NCBI RefSeq assembly: GCF_964204645.1 | Contig: NC_134036.1 | Span: 3,348,001-3,412,000, forward strand | Origin: Tubulanus polymorphus | Taxonomy: Eukaryota > Animalia > Nemertea | Direction: 5' to 3' | Length of the DNA stretch: 64,000 bases | Part shown: positions 38,119 to 58,500 of the stretch, in pieces | Layout of the letters: every line of letters begins with the position of its first letter | How positions within the stretch are numbered: position 1 is the first letter of the stretch | Made by a program: the position numbers and the translations under genes | Notes under the pieces: model-generated | The model's input: the letters and a program-made list of their open reading frames with translations, nothing else | What the model was told of the DNA's origin: nothing | The model's database searches: none

Positions 38119-39752
38119 TTAAAAAGCCAAAAATGCCATTGATATAATCGCAATCGTAATGGTGATGATGGAATAAACATCGGTTTCTGTACCACTGAAT
38201 GTGTATGCAGGTTCCTTACTGGTTGTTGAGATCATTGTATGAGTTTCTGAAAAAAGACAAGGAAACATGACTATAGAGATATCCAAAGTTTTCCAAGACA
38301 AATCTTCCATTGTCAAATTATATTTTATATTACTGTCTGAAAATTCTAATAACTGAAGGCTAATTTCAACGACCGGATCGTCTGAATTCGGGAAATAGAG
38401 AACTTCCACTGGTAAAAGGATTAGATTATATTACGGTACCTTCATTTGGCACAATGGCTGTAATTGTGCTGCATTGCTTGTTTCCTTCACCGAACTGACA
38501 GCAAACTTCCATCGAATCGGACGCTTCGATTTTCATGCGAATGGCCCGTCTGCCCGATTCGTTCGGACACCCGGTGACGTTGATGTTAAAACCTGAATCG
38601 GAATCTTTGCGGCAGCCGCTTACAATCATTTTTCCATTCACTGCGATGATGATGTCTGATTTTATGACGTTTGCTTCCTTCGCGTAGATCGTTGAGCACT
38701 CGACTACCACTGGATCTCCTACCTGGCTTATTGGAAGAATTCGGAGATCAACCACATCTGTGGGGAAAGATTTAATGATGTTTTTAAGGTTAAACGGGCA
38801 ATTGTCTTCTTCGGGAAAATGGGGTGGGCAATTGTATTCTTCAGGAAAATGGGGTGGGGGAGCTTTGTCTCTAAACTTAAGCTAAAGGATGCCACTTGGA
38901 ACGTTGTACATACCGATGCTGATAGAAATACTGGCACATGCTTGTCCACGACAGCATGTGTAGACACCTGCATCTCCTAACATCATGGCGTTCTTAGTGA
39001 CATCTATGCACCCCTCTTTTGAATCCGATCGTCGCCAACCTTGTTCAACTTGCCTCTCGGATGCGATCAAGGTGTTACTGGGTTCGTGCAGCAGCAGAAG
39101 GCTTGCTACCTGGTGATTCGGTACACCTAGGTAATCGCAACGTATTCGGAATGATGCGCCGTGACGAATCGGGGATTCCGGATATGCAGATATTGTCATT
39201 TTTCCTGGAATGGAACACTATGCTTGACTAGTACATGGGCGTCCCAAGGATTTTTTTTTTTTGGAGGGTTCGTTTTTAGGAATAGAGGTGTCTGGGTGTC
39301 CTCCCCAGAACATATTTTGTCTGAAAATTCAAAAAGGGGGTTCGTTCGAACTGCCGAACCCCCCCCCCCATCCTAGGGACACCCATGTAGTACCTAGAAA
39401 TAATGCTGATGAACAATTTTGCTACAATACAGCACCAGAATACAGTATCACCTCTTCCTCGTGAACCTAACTGACAAGTCTGGCATCAGAACGCATCCCA
39501 GTCTTCGACTGAGAAAATCTCGTTAAATAGGATTTTTACCTCTTGCATCTAGAGGACATTATGCTAAGCAGGTTGGCGCTGGTAATCCCCTAAAAGATAA
39601 TGTTAGAAATGATTCTGCTATAGTATGAAATGAATCTTAAAACACTTACCTGAGTAATTTTCGCTCTTATTATTCGACACTGAGCTTTCGGACGAATTCA
39701 GAATTACGAGAAAAATCACAATGATAGCTTGGATTCTTCGAGAAATAGCCAT
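38119..39752 (-). CDS. Two-Ig-domain protein, probably GPI-anchored (Ig gene B)
   Basis: Phase-1 exons: 39752-39650 (signal MAISRRIQAIIVIFLVILNSS), 39204-38914 (PIRHGASFRIRC...DAGVYTCCRGQAC), 38757-38440 (DPVVVECS...IVSGC...DSMEVCCQFGEGNKQC), 38246-38119 (ends VYSIITITIAIISMAFLAF*). Confidence 0.87.
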
Positions 39753-40869
39753 TTTGCTAGTAGAATGCCGGCTCGAACAGCGCCACCTGTCATGAATGAA
39801 ATTATCTGCGTATATTATTCTATTGAATTGTGTAGGACACAAAAAATTAATCTAGAATTAAAGAATTCAATTAAAATCTTATTCTGTCGTTTTATTTATG
39901 GATTGAATATCGTATTTAAGTTTATAAACGATTTTTTGATCCCTTAAACACACTAGTATAGAGCTGATATAAAATGGCGGACACTTCCTGTTTTGATATA
40001 TCACGATTTCCATCGGTTTCGATCGAATCCCATATTTCTCTTTACTCCAAAAAGTTCGAATCTTGCTTTCCAGTGATATCAAAATGTTGGAATCCGCGTC
40101 GGGGCTTGCTTAAAATTGACTATATTGATGATATCTTATTTGCAGCAGTCTCTTGGATGTCAACGTCAAAAAACCTTTGACACCAACTTCGAACTATGCA
40201 AAAAATACCACGTATAGTATGCTAGAAAATAATGCCATTGTAGTCACCATTCACTCGTTCATTTAAATGCAGCTTATCCTTTATGAGAACTTGGAACGTC
40301 GTTTTGCCTAAGTGCTTTTAGTTTCGAAATGTCCTCATTTGGTTTTTCTAGCCTGATCTATATATGTCTGATCGTCGAAATCGTTAAAAATTAGATTACC
40401 GTCACGAGTTCCAAATATCTGGAAACTTTCCAAAATTCCCGCGCTATCTTCACTCAAGCATACGCCTTCTATCATTTCATTTTTCGATTTTTTCTTATAA
40501 ATCCTTTCATTATTCATTATGGCACCTCTCTGTCGCTGTTGGTGTTTACTTCCATGTTTCATGATGTTTCTAGCTTGATCCGAATCGATGTGTTTGAGTG
40601 CGTTTATTATGAACCTTCATACGTATTGTCCAATGCAATATCTAATACATATTTATGCCTAATATATATGCTGATTGCCAATAATATAAATTAAAAATAT
40701 GGAGCACTACTTTCGGTCAATATCAGCGTCATCTATATTTTGCTTCGAAAGTCTCTGTTGTTATCAAATAGGTATCGTACTCCATCTATGGCCAAAAGAT
40801 TGCGTGACATGGGGACATTCGACAAATCCAATTGAGTAACGATTATTTAGAATCGTTTCGCTTTACGAG

Positions 40870-41520
40870 AGCAATAGAAACAACGACCATTAAAAGCACA
40901 TTTCTTTAATTACATCCACCAATATTTACAGAATTTCGAAACGAATCAAAAATATCATTTTGTTTTCTATATTTTCAACTTTCTCTATGAGCGTGATGGT
41001 ATCTACAACTAGCTCTTCACATAATGAACCTGGTATTCTCGAGATTCATTCTTGAGCTCATTGGCCAACGTAATACCATAATCAGTCCATTAGGACATAT
41101 TGTCCAGTCACATGTGTACGGTAAATTTAGGTCATTTATTGTACGTTTTGACCAAGCGCTTATAGGCCTATCAACGTTTTTCGTCAGAATTGCGAATGGC
41201 AAAAGTTTTAATGATGCATCGTTACGAAACTATTTTGCATTGTAACTCATCATTCATTTGTTCGAGCAAGTGTAACTCATCATTCATTTGTTCGAGCAAG
41301 TTGGCCATTGGAGATGGTGCCGTCTCCAATTCCTTTATGTCTGTAGCTTCCTCCTTTTTCCCAACAACTTGGAGAATGTCACCATACGTCTACTACTCGG
41401 CACGCCGTACGTCATTAGGCGATTTAGCGGTCACGTTCGATAGATCCTGCGCACCATCAACTGCTGCAGCAACAGCAGTGGTGACGGCAGACGTAAATCG
41501 GAAGCGTCGATGTCATACGA
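40870..41520 (-). pseudogene. Degenerate duplicate of the 3' end (last codons plus downstream sequence) of the large orphan gene
   Basis: 41376-41490 aligns with 44601-44715 (aatgtcaccatac...cggcacgccgtacgtcatt...cgttcgatagatcctgcgc). 40873-41330 aligns with 44125-44560. Confidence 0.85.
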
Positions 41521-42020
41521 TGTATCAGGAGGAATTGAAGTAACAATTAAAGAAAGTATCATCCTTGTAGTTCGCGCGTGTTTTATTTCTTGGAAAGTTG
41601 TTTGAAGACCACATATAATAGATGTAATAAATAAATGATTAAAGAGAATTTCCTAACGTGGTTCATGTATAAAATCTAATAATGCTGCACAAGTTGTTTT
41701 GTACAACACCTTTGTATGATTACCTAATATCGGGTGGAATTGCTAAACAACAAGGAAGCAATTCAATATGTACGTCTAGTATTAACTCCTAGTTTTAATT
41801 GTGGGAGTTCACTTTCTACACATACACACCCACTGGTCGATCCACTCGTTTGAATCTTGGAGTGATCATTTGACAAATGATTACTCCAAGTTTGAATAAA
41901 GAGTCTTTGATACACGTACAAACATATTCCAAAGCATATAGATTTGATAAAAAACATTATAGCAAAAGCTAAGATTTAACTATTCAGTTTTTACAGGAAT
42001 GTATCATATTCGGTAATACT

Positions 42021-43700
42021 TCATCGGCAAATAGCTAGAACTGTATTTGATATGATCATAATGATAATCGTGACGATAAGGTAGACGCCGATCGCTGTGC
42101 CATTGTCGGTGTATTTGTATTCAGCCTCCTTGTTTGAGATCTGTTTCTTCTGAGTATCTGAACAGAAAGAAAAGGAAACATGGCAAAGTGAATATACATG
42201 GATAGAATTTATTTCCCAATTGAAGAGAACTGAAAACTTCCCTTCATTAATATGATTGGTAACGTACCGTATGGATTATCCATGCTATTTGTTGGAGTTG
42301 CAACTCTAATGTTGCGGCATTGTTTCGTAGCATCACCGAGCTGACAGCAAACTTCCATAGAATCAAACACCTTCTTGATTCGAAAGTGAATTCCTTTCTT
42401 TCTAGTAGGGCGATTCCAACACTTGTCAATCTGGACGCTGTTCTCAAACTGAGGAGCAATGCTGCAGCCGCTTACTATTATTTGGTGGTTCGATGTGGTG
42501 ACGATCATTTCAGATTGTTTCAATTTGTTGGTCTCGCGATCTGTGTTGTTGAAGTCGTAGACAGAAGAGCATTCTACAATGACCGGATTTCCTTGGTTCA
42601 CCTGGGATTCTGGATGGATTCGGATTTCTACGACATCTTTGGGGAAAAATAAAATGAAATGTGATTTTATATAATTAAGTAGTGATTGTATATAACTAAA
42701 AGACCATTCTTCTTCTCAATGTCGATTCAGTGACAAAATGATTAGTATCTGATGTCGACCTTCTCATTCTTAATGATTTCAAAGATTCAACGAAATTATG
42801 ATCAGTTATTGTCGAAGATCTTCTTTTATTCTCAATAGATTCAACAATTCGTTGAATTTATGATTAGTAATTGGCGACTTTCTCATTTCAAAATAATTCT
42901 AATGGCCTCTATGTCATGTCTCCAAAACTATAAGCTGAAACTGATCACTCTACGCACCAATGCCAACGACGATACTGTCGCATTCTGTCTGATAGCAGCA
43001 TTTGTATTTGCCCGCATCTCGTGATGTCATTACGTTCTTTTGTACATCGACAGCAACCACTGACTGAGTAAACGATTTCTCCTCGGATTGCGTTCGCAGC
43101 CAGCACGTGCTGGGGTCTGATTTACCACCCGACGCTAAAAAGATTGATTCTCGTTCCGTTTCGCGCGTCAGAATTAAGTCGTTCATCGCCGGGTAATGGG
43201 ATATTCCAGGGTGTTGGCATTGTATCCTTAATGATGTCCCATGGCGAATCGGTGGTGAAGGGTCCGTCTTTATCGTAACTCCTCCTGGAATAATGAAGAA
43301 TTGGTTTATTCAGGAATACAAGTCCGTACCCCATAGCAATATCAAAATGGTGCCTATCCTGAAGCCGGCATTGTTGGTACATTCTTAAAACGATACTGGT
43401 AAGATGGGATCTCTGCTTCCAGAATCTCATGTTTTTTACCCTTTGGTAGGGTAATCTTGGAACAGCCCTTGGTAAAAATTGGACATGATGAAATTCCTCA
43501 TCACAAAAGATTGCAAGAAAATATGTTGGGGGAAAGGAAACATTTGGTTGAATCTTGTCTTTGTCTTTGCAGTACATTTTCCTACCTGTATGATCGGGAT
43601 TATGTTTCACTCCACTACAGGACTCTGCGATTCCAGGCTTCAAGCATGCCAAGAATAGAGCGTATGGTATAAAGGACCATAGTAACGCTGTAGTCTTCAT
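42021..43700 (-). CDS. Two-Ig-domain protein, probably GPI-anchored (Ig gene C, paralog of B)
   Basis: Phase-1 exons: 43700-43586 (signal MKTTALLWSFIPYALFLACL), 43284-42958 (PIRHGTSLRIQC...DAGKYKCCYQTEC), 42636-42268 (NPVIVECS...IVSGC...DSMEVCCQLGDATKQC), 42157-42021 (ends NGTAIGVYLIVTIIIMIISNTVLAICR*). Confidence 0.87.
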
Positions 43701-44594
43701 CTGTCTCGTCTGTTAAACGCCCATCTATGCTAATAACCGTTTCCTGTATAATTTCGAAACTTCGATTAGGGTTTTTCCAACAGGGTCTATTTCACATCTA
43801 AACGCCTTGAAAATCCTTCGACATGAATATTCAATCATCGATTTGACGATGGGAAGAGTTTTGATCATCGAGAATAAGGCACATACCTTAGGATTGTCAG
43901 CTAATCGGTTTTAACCCGGTTTTGACAAAATCCTCTTTCCGTCAACGTCGGTTGGATCTACTTTCGGTTTTTCATATCATTGAAAACGCCGTGCGCCTAT
44001 ATTCTTCTTCCACAACATCCAGCGCCATCTATCGCCTTTCCAAAAGATTACATGGAATTAGAACAAAAAAAGACGACCATTCGACTATTCAGATCAACAA
44101 TCATCTTTATTCGCTTTACAACAAAATAGAAACAACGACCATATATTATACATCTCTATTTAAGTACATCCAACAATGATTACAGAATTTCTAACAAATC
44201 AAAGTGTATTTTCTACATTTTTGGCTTCCTCTAGGAGCGTAATGGTATCTACAACCTGCTCTTCACATAATAAGTTTGGTATTCTTGATATTTATCCTCT
44301 AGCTCACTGGCCGACGTAATGCCATAATCAGTCTACTAAACATATCACCCCGCCATAGATACACATTTAATTGAGGTCACCTGCGACCCATTGTATATTT
44401 GACCAAGCGCGTACTACGCTTATATCAACGTTTTTCGACAAAGGTGTTAATGGCAATTACTTCAATGATGCATCCTAACCAAACTATCTTGTATTTGTAG
44501 GCTTATCATTCATTAATGTTCAAGCAGGATGGTCATTAGAAAAGGTGTCATCTTCAATTCCATTTTGTCCATGGCTTCATCCCTTTCACGACAA

Positions 44595-51322
<6,728 letters not shown>

Positions 51323-51714
51323 TTTCCGACTCGTCCCCGGATCGGCCGACGAACATCCGGGTGATTCTTCCGTCTACAGTGTCCGGCTACTGGAAGATTC
51401 GGAACTTATCGCCGCAGCGCTCTGTGGAAGATGAATATTTAGACGATTGTAGAATTATTGGACTCAAAACGGTTTGATTTTGTGGATGTTACTATTATAT
51501 TTCTCATTTGGATTTGGCCTGCAGCACCCAAACTGAAGGACTTAGTCTGATCCTAGTTGCGGCCAATTCTCTTTGTTAATAGAAAGTGATTAGTTTCCTG
51601 CTGAAATCTTCTGAACTAAAAATATTTTACTGCGCGTAAAATATGGAGTCTACTCGAAATCTTCAACTCCGCATTTGATGTTTAGTACAGAGACGGAGAT
51701 CATTGTTTTTCTCG

Positions 51715-52255
51715 AACTATTACTCAGTATTTGACACCAACTCTGGGTAGAATTTTACCAGTCTCAGCTTTACGGCAGTAAGATACAGAGTCTACTGTAT
51801 TTCACAAACTATTACTCAGTATTTGACACCAACTCTGGGTAGAATTTGACAAGTCTCAGCTTTACGGCAGTTAGATACAGAGTCTACTGTATTTCACAAA
51901 CTATTACTCAGTATTTGACACCAACTCGGGGTAGAATTTTACCAGTCTCAGCTTTACGGCAGTAAGATACAGAGTCTACTGTATTTCACAAACTCTTACT
52001 CAGTATTTGACACCAACTCGGGGTAGAATTTTACCAGTCTCAGCTTTACGGCAGTAAGATACAGAGTCTACTGTATTTCACAAACTATTACTCAGTATTT
52101 GACACCAACTCGGGGTAGAATTTTACCAGTCTCAGCTTTACGGCAGTAAGATACAGAGTCTACTGTATTTCACAAACTCTTACTCAGTATTTGACTCAAA
52201 TTCGGGGTAGAATTTTACCAATCTCAACTTTACCTAGCAAGAGACAGAGTTTACT
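51715..52255. repeat. ~92-bp tandem repeat (~6 copies), intronic
   Basis: aactattactcagtatttgacaccaactc...agagtctactgtatttcaca at 51715, 51807, 51899 and onward. Confidence 0.95.
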
Positions 52256-55200
52256 GATACACTCTTATCAATGGCTCCAAACTGTGTCGAGAGACGACAA
52301 ATCTTTCGTTCAAACTCAGGTGGAATTCTATGAGCAGGGAGGAAGCTAAGTTGAATCGCGATAGAAATATTGATTCCAATCAGGAATTTGTCATTCAATA
52401 TTTCTATTCTATAGGAATTGTTAACATGCGGTTTTTATCCCAGCACTTGACACAAATATCTCGAGTATTGAATAACAAACATATTTAATATTTGTATAAT
52501 AAAGTATTACAGATGTATGTGTGTATGTACCTCAATGATGAAAACACTTTTTTTAACATATAATCGACGCACGCAGTAAAATGTATAATAATGTGTTGAT
52601 AGTAAAATCGAAATTTCCCCGAATTCATAAGATTTTCGAGCGATCATCTTTTTGGAAATCGTGCTTTTGCAAAATTCTTCAGAAAAATCTAAAGTACTTA
52701 TAGAATAACAGGGGAAAATGGTAGAGTTTGAAAAGGGTGTTCGTAGAATTTCAGCTGATTATATTTCGAGTTGAAATTCGACGCGAAAAATACTGATTTG
52801 TTTTAATAGAACATCGATTCTAGAGTTAGGAAAATTGCTTCATACCTCCGCAAGTAGCGTTCGAATTCAATCTTCGATTTTTCAAGCTTTTTCCATTTTC
52901 TTCATGTCCGCTATCAGTGATAACGATCATTCGCGTCCGTACTTCTTCTGTCGGCTATTTCTTTCCGACTTTTTGTTGCGATCGGTGCAATATTTCTGTA
53001 CGGAATTTTTCCCTTTGCGATGTATGTAAAACTGTATTCCGGTATGAACGAAATAGATTCCCTCTCCGCCCTAAACTTTCTCCTCTCCAATTAGCGCAAC
53101 GACAGTTCCGCCTCTCTCGATTTTATTTCATATACTCCGATATTTCATATTCCGCATCCTTCACTCTCTTCGCTCCAATCCGACCTTAGGGTGCTAGTCC
53201 GCTATACCGCGCCGGATATCATTCCACCTCTATCTCTGTATCTGGCGTCTCTGCGCGTATTTACGGGTTTGGTTTGCGGGTCGAATTTTCACATTCGTTT
53301 TATAGATCTAAATAAATATCCATATGTATATACTCTCTATTATAGTCATTAGCTAGCTTTAGTCATTTAAACGTGTACATACCCGGTTTACAACCCGTGC
53401 CTGCAGTAATGTATAGTCTTCTTTATATCAGGTATATACAAATGGTGTATGTTTCTTAAAAGAATTGAGCCACCCGCCCCCACTCTGTACGTGTAGATTC
53501 GATTCGGGGGTATTTAACCGTGCACCATTCGGGTGCCCGCTTCGACGGAATTTCGCCTTAAATGGCTGTTTAATTATAGATTCCTTTAGCGCTGGTCTGT
53601 TAAGTAATCGAGGTCTATCGAGGTTAAGTTATACTATAAGACAGCGGATAATCTTGTGTAAGGCTATTAGTCATTATTGTCGATTCAATTTTCAGTAGTC
53701 TACGGCTTACTTATTAGAAAAAGCAGATAACCCTGTGTAATCCAATTCAGTTATTAAATTTCTTTCTTTTGAATTTCAATAATCAATTTCTTCATCAAAT
53801 ACCGAGGATCCCGTGAAACAATCCCGCAATTAAATTCTCGTTTGTTTGGTATCGGATCTATAGTTTATTAACATAATCTGTTAATATACACTAAAGTTTA
53901 TTCCCCGCAATCCTGAATACCCGATTTCTTTGTTGATTTAGTAAACGCAATGAAATGGCTTGGGTTACGAAAAAGATGATTTCTTATTTATTCGGTCCAA
54001 ATGATTTCACTTTGAGCGGATTTATGAAATATTGTTTTTTATCGTTTTTTATTTTAACAAATGAAAATCGCTTTCTTTTTATTTCAATAGATTCAATGAT
54101 GATGGAGAAAAATGGAGATGGCCCCGAAATGAATGACAGGACTACAACATTCCCGAGGGACCAGACCCGTCTGCCAAGGTACAAGTTGTAGGTACAATTT
54201 GAGACCGGTTTTACGGCCGCCTGACGGTTGAATGGTATATTCTCCTTCCATTTTTTTCATGGCTTGCGTGGAGGTAAAATATCTTTTGTTTATGAATATT
54301 TACGAACGAGAAATAAAAATTGAGACATTTTTAATAACACAATAAGGTTATTTACAGTCATGTATGATATATACCATTTACGATACACTACCGGGATCGT
54401 ATGAATTGCGACTAGGACGCCATCTATTAGAAACGTTCACGCACTAATGTAAATAACCTGTGAGTAATTATCCGTGTTCTAGGCATGTTCCTGTTAATAC
54501 GCGATCGCGGTTTAACGATTTCCTACACAAGCAGAAACGTTAGCTTCTCGACGACGACCGCTTCGATAGGCAACGTTTTACGCGCACATCTTAGAATGGT
54601 TTTGCTTGATCACCGTTTTATTTTACCTATGGAAATCTATACATATTTGCACAATCGTCCATGTTGGGCAAGCATTTAAGCGAGGAGGCAGCGCTGACTG
54701 TTCTCTTTTTCAATATATCAAGTAGGTCTTTGTTCTTTCGAGGACTGGCCTCACGACGCGAAGGAAATCAGTACTTGGCCAATAAACAAGAACTGGGATA
54801 TCCTACCTCATATATGTTCATCTGCTTCAGTAAAGATATCTCTAAAGTAAAAATTATCGTGTTGCGCTAGGGCCCTGTTTTATAGACCGGTATAACCTGT
54901 GACCCCGGGGTAAACTAAATTGAAAAAATGAATTAATTTAGGCCCTAAGTTGAAGGTAATACCAGTCTGCAAAACCACCCCTCGGAATTAGACATTTCAC
55001 CAGTGAACAAAAAACGGATCGTCCACACAATTTTGAAGGACAATCAATTGAAAATGAACTTCAAAACATAAGATATTTTAGACATTTCTATCAGCAAACT
55101 TGAAACTAAAAAGTGTCGATTTCACACTGCGATGGCGAATGTGAGCTGCACTGCAAGGGTTAAAGCATCTATACGGAATTCTATGCGCGGTAGAAAGATT

Positions 55201-55788
55201 GATAGATAAATGTTTGAGTAACACTAGCATCATAGAGTTTTTGAAACTCTATGAACGTCAATCGGGGATAGAGATGTTAATCAATAATTTTCTGGATAAC
55301 ACTCCGCCTCATTGCTATTGAACCTCGAAGCATCTGGGGTGTAGAAACGTTATCATCACATACATAATCATTTTGGATAACAAAAATACTGTCAATATTT
55401 AGAACAAAAAGAGGCCGGGTTAGGCGTTGAAGTTATTGGGAATGAGAAGGTCGTCATTAGTAACTGATCATAATTTTACTGAATCGTCGAAGTTATTGAG
55501 AATGAGAAGGTAGTTTTTACTTGTTATAACTAATCATTTCATTTATGAGATCAAATGAAAAATTTCAAATTTCATGTTTACACGTGACGTCATAGTATTT
55601 TGTCCGAATGTGAATCTTTGAAACAATGATCCGTTTCACTGGATTATTGAATATCTTGTTCTAGATTTTCGTATATCGAACGGGAATAACAGACGAATTT
55701 TTCAGTTGATCGGCCATTGACCATTGTGACGTCATTACGAGAATGCGAATAGTCGGCGAATATGTTCGAATGTTTACCGGTCACAATC

Positions 55789-55990
55789 GGGCGGACCGGA
55801 TGGCTTAGTCGGTCGGCGACTAGCGTGTCACCGCTGTGGCCCAGGTTCGAGTCTCGGAGGAGGCGGGTCAGGATGTGGCAATTGATCTCCGGTAAGCGGG
55901 CGAGTCGAGAGTACTGTCCTCCCTGGAATGAGGTTGCTAATGCGTGAGTCCTACAGAATATCTGGCGTGGGGTAAATTATGTTTAATTCA
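55789..55990 (+). mobile_element. tRNA-derived SINE
   Basis: Pol III A-box TGGCTTAGTCGG and B-box GGTTCGAGTCT, followed by a non-tRNA body. Confidence 0.65.
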
Positions 55991-57551
55991 GTCGTTTCTG
56001 GCTGAATTATTTATTTATCCCACAATGCCGGTCCAGGTTGCGGAGTAATTCCCCCAGGGACCTTCGACTTTTTTACAATATTAGTTTGTTATTTTAAGTT
56101 TAGTGGTGAGGGTTTGGGAAATTTTTATATTTATTTAATTCCTCGAACTGAAGAAATCCAAGCGAGAATTCGGTGGTATCTGCATGCAACGCGGACGGTG
56201 ATCAATCACTCAACTGATGACAAAATTTCGATGATTTTTAAACGTCACCAAATTCCAGTCAGAGTAGATGTTCACGCGGCAATGTCTGGTGAACGTCTGT
56301 ATAAAATCGGCTTCAAAACGACTCTATCAAATAGAGAATAACTCACTGGAGACCTGACATACGCTCTACTACACAATAGTGCCGCGTGACTGCACAAACC
56401 CTTAAGCAAACTTCAATATCCTAAAGCAAAACTCGAAAATAGTAAAATTCAGCCGGTACTATAGTTCAAAACCAGACGTAAATAGAAGGGAAATCTACAC
56501 TAAAGTTTGTTTGATAGTTTAGATAAAATTTCAGCGTACAATTTTAGGCTAAAATCGTAGCATTCGATATTTCTATCTTTAACAATATGTGTCTCTATGA
56601 ATAGTCGAATTAAACTCGATGACCTGTAAGCCTCATTGAAAATGTTTGGCACGAATTGAATGGTTCTCGAGGATTAGCGTCACGTACTCGGGTCTGTCAC
56701 AGGAATGCGCGATCGAGCTTTCTGATTGATCCAATCCGGTCGCATCGATGATGCACCGTCGCTGATTGGTCGACGTAGGTATTAGAAGCGCGGTTCGAGC
56801 CTCCCGATGCCAGTCCGAGAACCGATGTCCAGTGATGAAGGTCAATCTATAAGAGCTCTGCAACAAGGCGTGAAGAACGTGTGGCTCCAAGCGAACAACT
56901 TACTAATTAGCGGCTGATGATGTTAGGAGAGACTGGAACATGAAGGAATTTGTGACGCCTAGCGATTGAGAACGCAATATGAGACTGACGGCTGTTGGTG
57001 CTGATGATTGCGGAGGAGTTCCCGATCTGCTGCTGCTGCTGATGCTACGGCTGCTGCTGCTGTTGATGTCGGATACTCAGTTGCTTATGAGGACGAGTTG
57101 CTGTTGTTGCCGATTTCCGATGTTCTATTTCAAATTACACACATTTTGATCAGGTTAGAAATTTCATATAGAATTCAAAACTCTGAATCAAATCTTGCGA
57201 AAATTATTGCGTTTTGATTGTTGAACCTAATTCGGCTTAATTTGAATCGAAATATTTCAAATCGCTTTCCTCTGGATTATATTAGTCGCAATTTTATACA
57301 TTATGAATATTGTCTTTTTAGGGTTAAACCGAAACCAGTTCGCTACTACTGACAACTACATGTACACGACTTGTTTGTCGCAACGTTCTGAAATAGTTTG
57401 ATGCTGCTAATGCTGCATTGGGAACCGCATCAACCCACATGTTTCGGTATCTTTACACTAAGATAAGGTAATTATATTAAACTGCACCCATCCGGAATCG
57501 TTTTCCAGTTCATCCGATTTCTTTTTCAGCCGGCAATATTTGAGTTACAAC

Positions 57552-57858
57552 AAACCTCGAGACGCAGACTCTACTCCGACTACGGCACCATCTTCAAACC
57601 TCGAGACGCAGACTCTACTCCGACGACGGCACCATCTTCAAACCTCGAGACGCAGACTCTACTCCGACTACGGCACCATCTTCAAACCTCGAGACGCAGA
57701 CTCTACTCCGACTACAGCACCATCTTCAAACCTCGAGACGCAGACTCTACTCCGACTACGGCACCATCTTCAAACCTCGAGACGCAGACTCTACTCCGAC
57801 GACGGCACCATCTTCAAACCTCGAGACGCAGACTCTACTCCGACGACGGCACCATCTC
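57552..57858. repeat. 44-bp minisatellite, 7 copies
   Basis: aaacctcgagacgcagactctactccgac(t/g)acggcaccatcttc is repeated head-to-tail without spacers. Confidence 0.95.
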
Positions 57859-58179
57859 CACTCCGTCTTTATTTCGTTTTGCCGCATGTTATAAAGAAAC
57901 GTGTAAATAAATAAACGTCTATATATAAATTATTCGTCTTTACTTAAAATCTCTGTCTCGGGCACTTTGCCCCGGAAAGGACTCTTCCGCTTACAACTTC
58001 TCACGTTCAAGGAAAGGACAAAGTCAAAAAGGAAAGGAGAAACGCAAAGTACAAATCAAAGCATTTATTCCAAATTCAAAGTAGGAATTTCTTACAGTTT
58101 GTTTGCAAAAGTAAAATTCAACATTTTATTGAAACATCAAAAATAAAATTCAACCAGTAAATTTAACAAAATAAAATTA

Positions 58180-58241
58180 TGGGATTTGAACCACCAACCC
58201 TTCGACTAGCAGTCCAGCACCCTACCAACTACGCTATAGGG
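58180..58241 (-). mobile_element. tRNA-derived SINE head / tRNA pseudogene
   Basis: The reverse complement ccctatagcgtagttggtagggtgctggactgctagtcgaagggttggtggttcaaatccc has A- and B-boxes but no intact acceptor stem. Confidence 0.55.
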
Positions 58242-58367
58242 ACGTACTGACAGCACACAGAGGAACTCCTATTTATCCATTGCTTAAGCAAATTTCATTT
58301 AAAAAAATAATGCCATCTACCGGGCGAGACGGGAACTTTAGTTCCTATCTCAACCCGGTAGATGGTA

Positions 58368-58500
58368 GGAGAGATGAGAAGAGAATGAGAGGAGAGAGTG
58401 AGAGATGAGGAGATGAGAATGAGAGATGAGAATGAGAGATGAGAGTGAGAGATGAGAGTGAGAGATGAGAGAAGATAGAAAGATTTAGAGAGAGGATAGG
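58368..58500. repeat. Purine-rich (GAGAT/GAGAA) microsatellite
   Basis: gagatgagaatgagagatgag... Confidence 0.85.

Noticed and set aside
43122-43700. 192-aa ORF as a single-exon gene
   Set aside because: Only the first 38 codons are the Ig gene C signal exon. The rest is intron read-through and the wrong frame of exon 2.
51715-52255. Possible CRISPR or coding repeat
   Set aside because: Near-identical head-to-tail 92-bp units in an intron, with no spacers or ORF.
56630-57130. GC-richer, CAG-repeat segment resembling a coding exon
   Set aside because: The minus-strand frames I translated contain stops and nothing is recognisable. At most it is a decayed exon.
57552-57858. CRISPR-like regular repeats
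   Set aside because: The 44-bp units are contiguous with no unique spacers, there are no cas genes, and the context is eukaryotic. It is a minisatellite.
58180-58241. Functional tRNA gene
   Set aside because: No pairing acceptor stem; it is treated as a SINE head or pseudogene.
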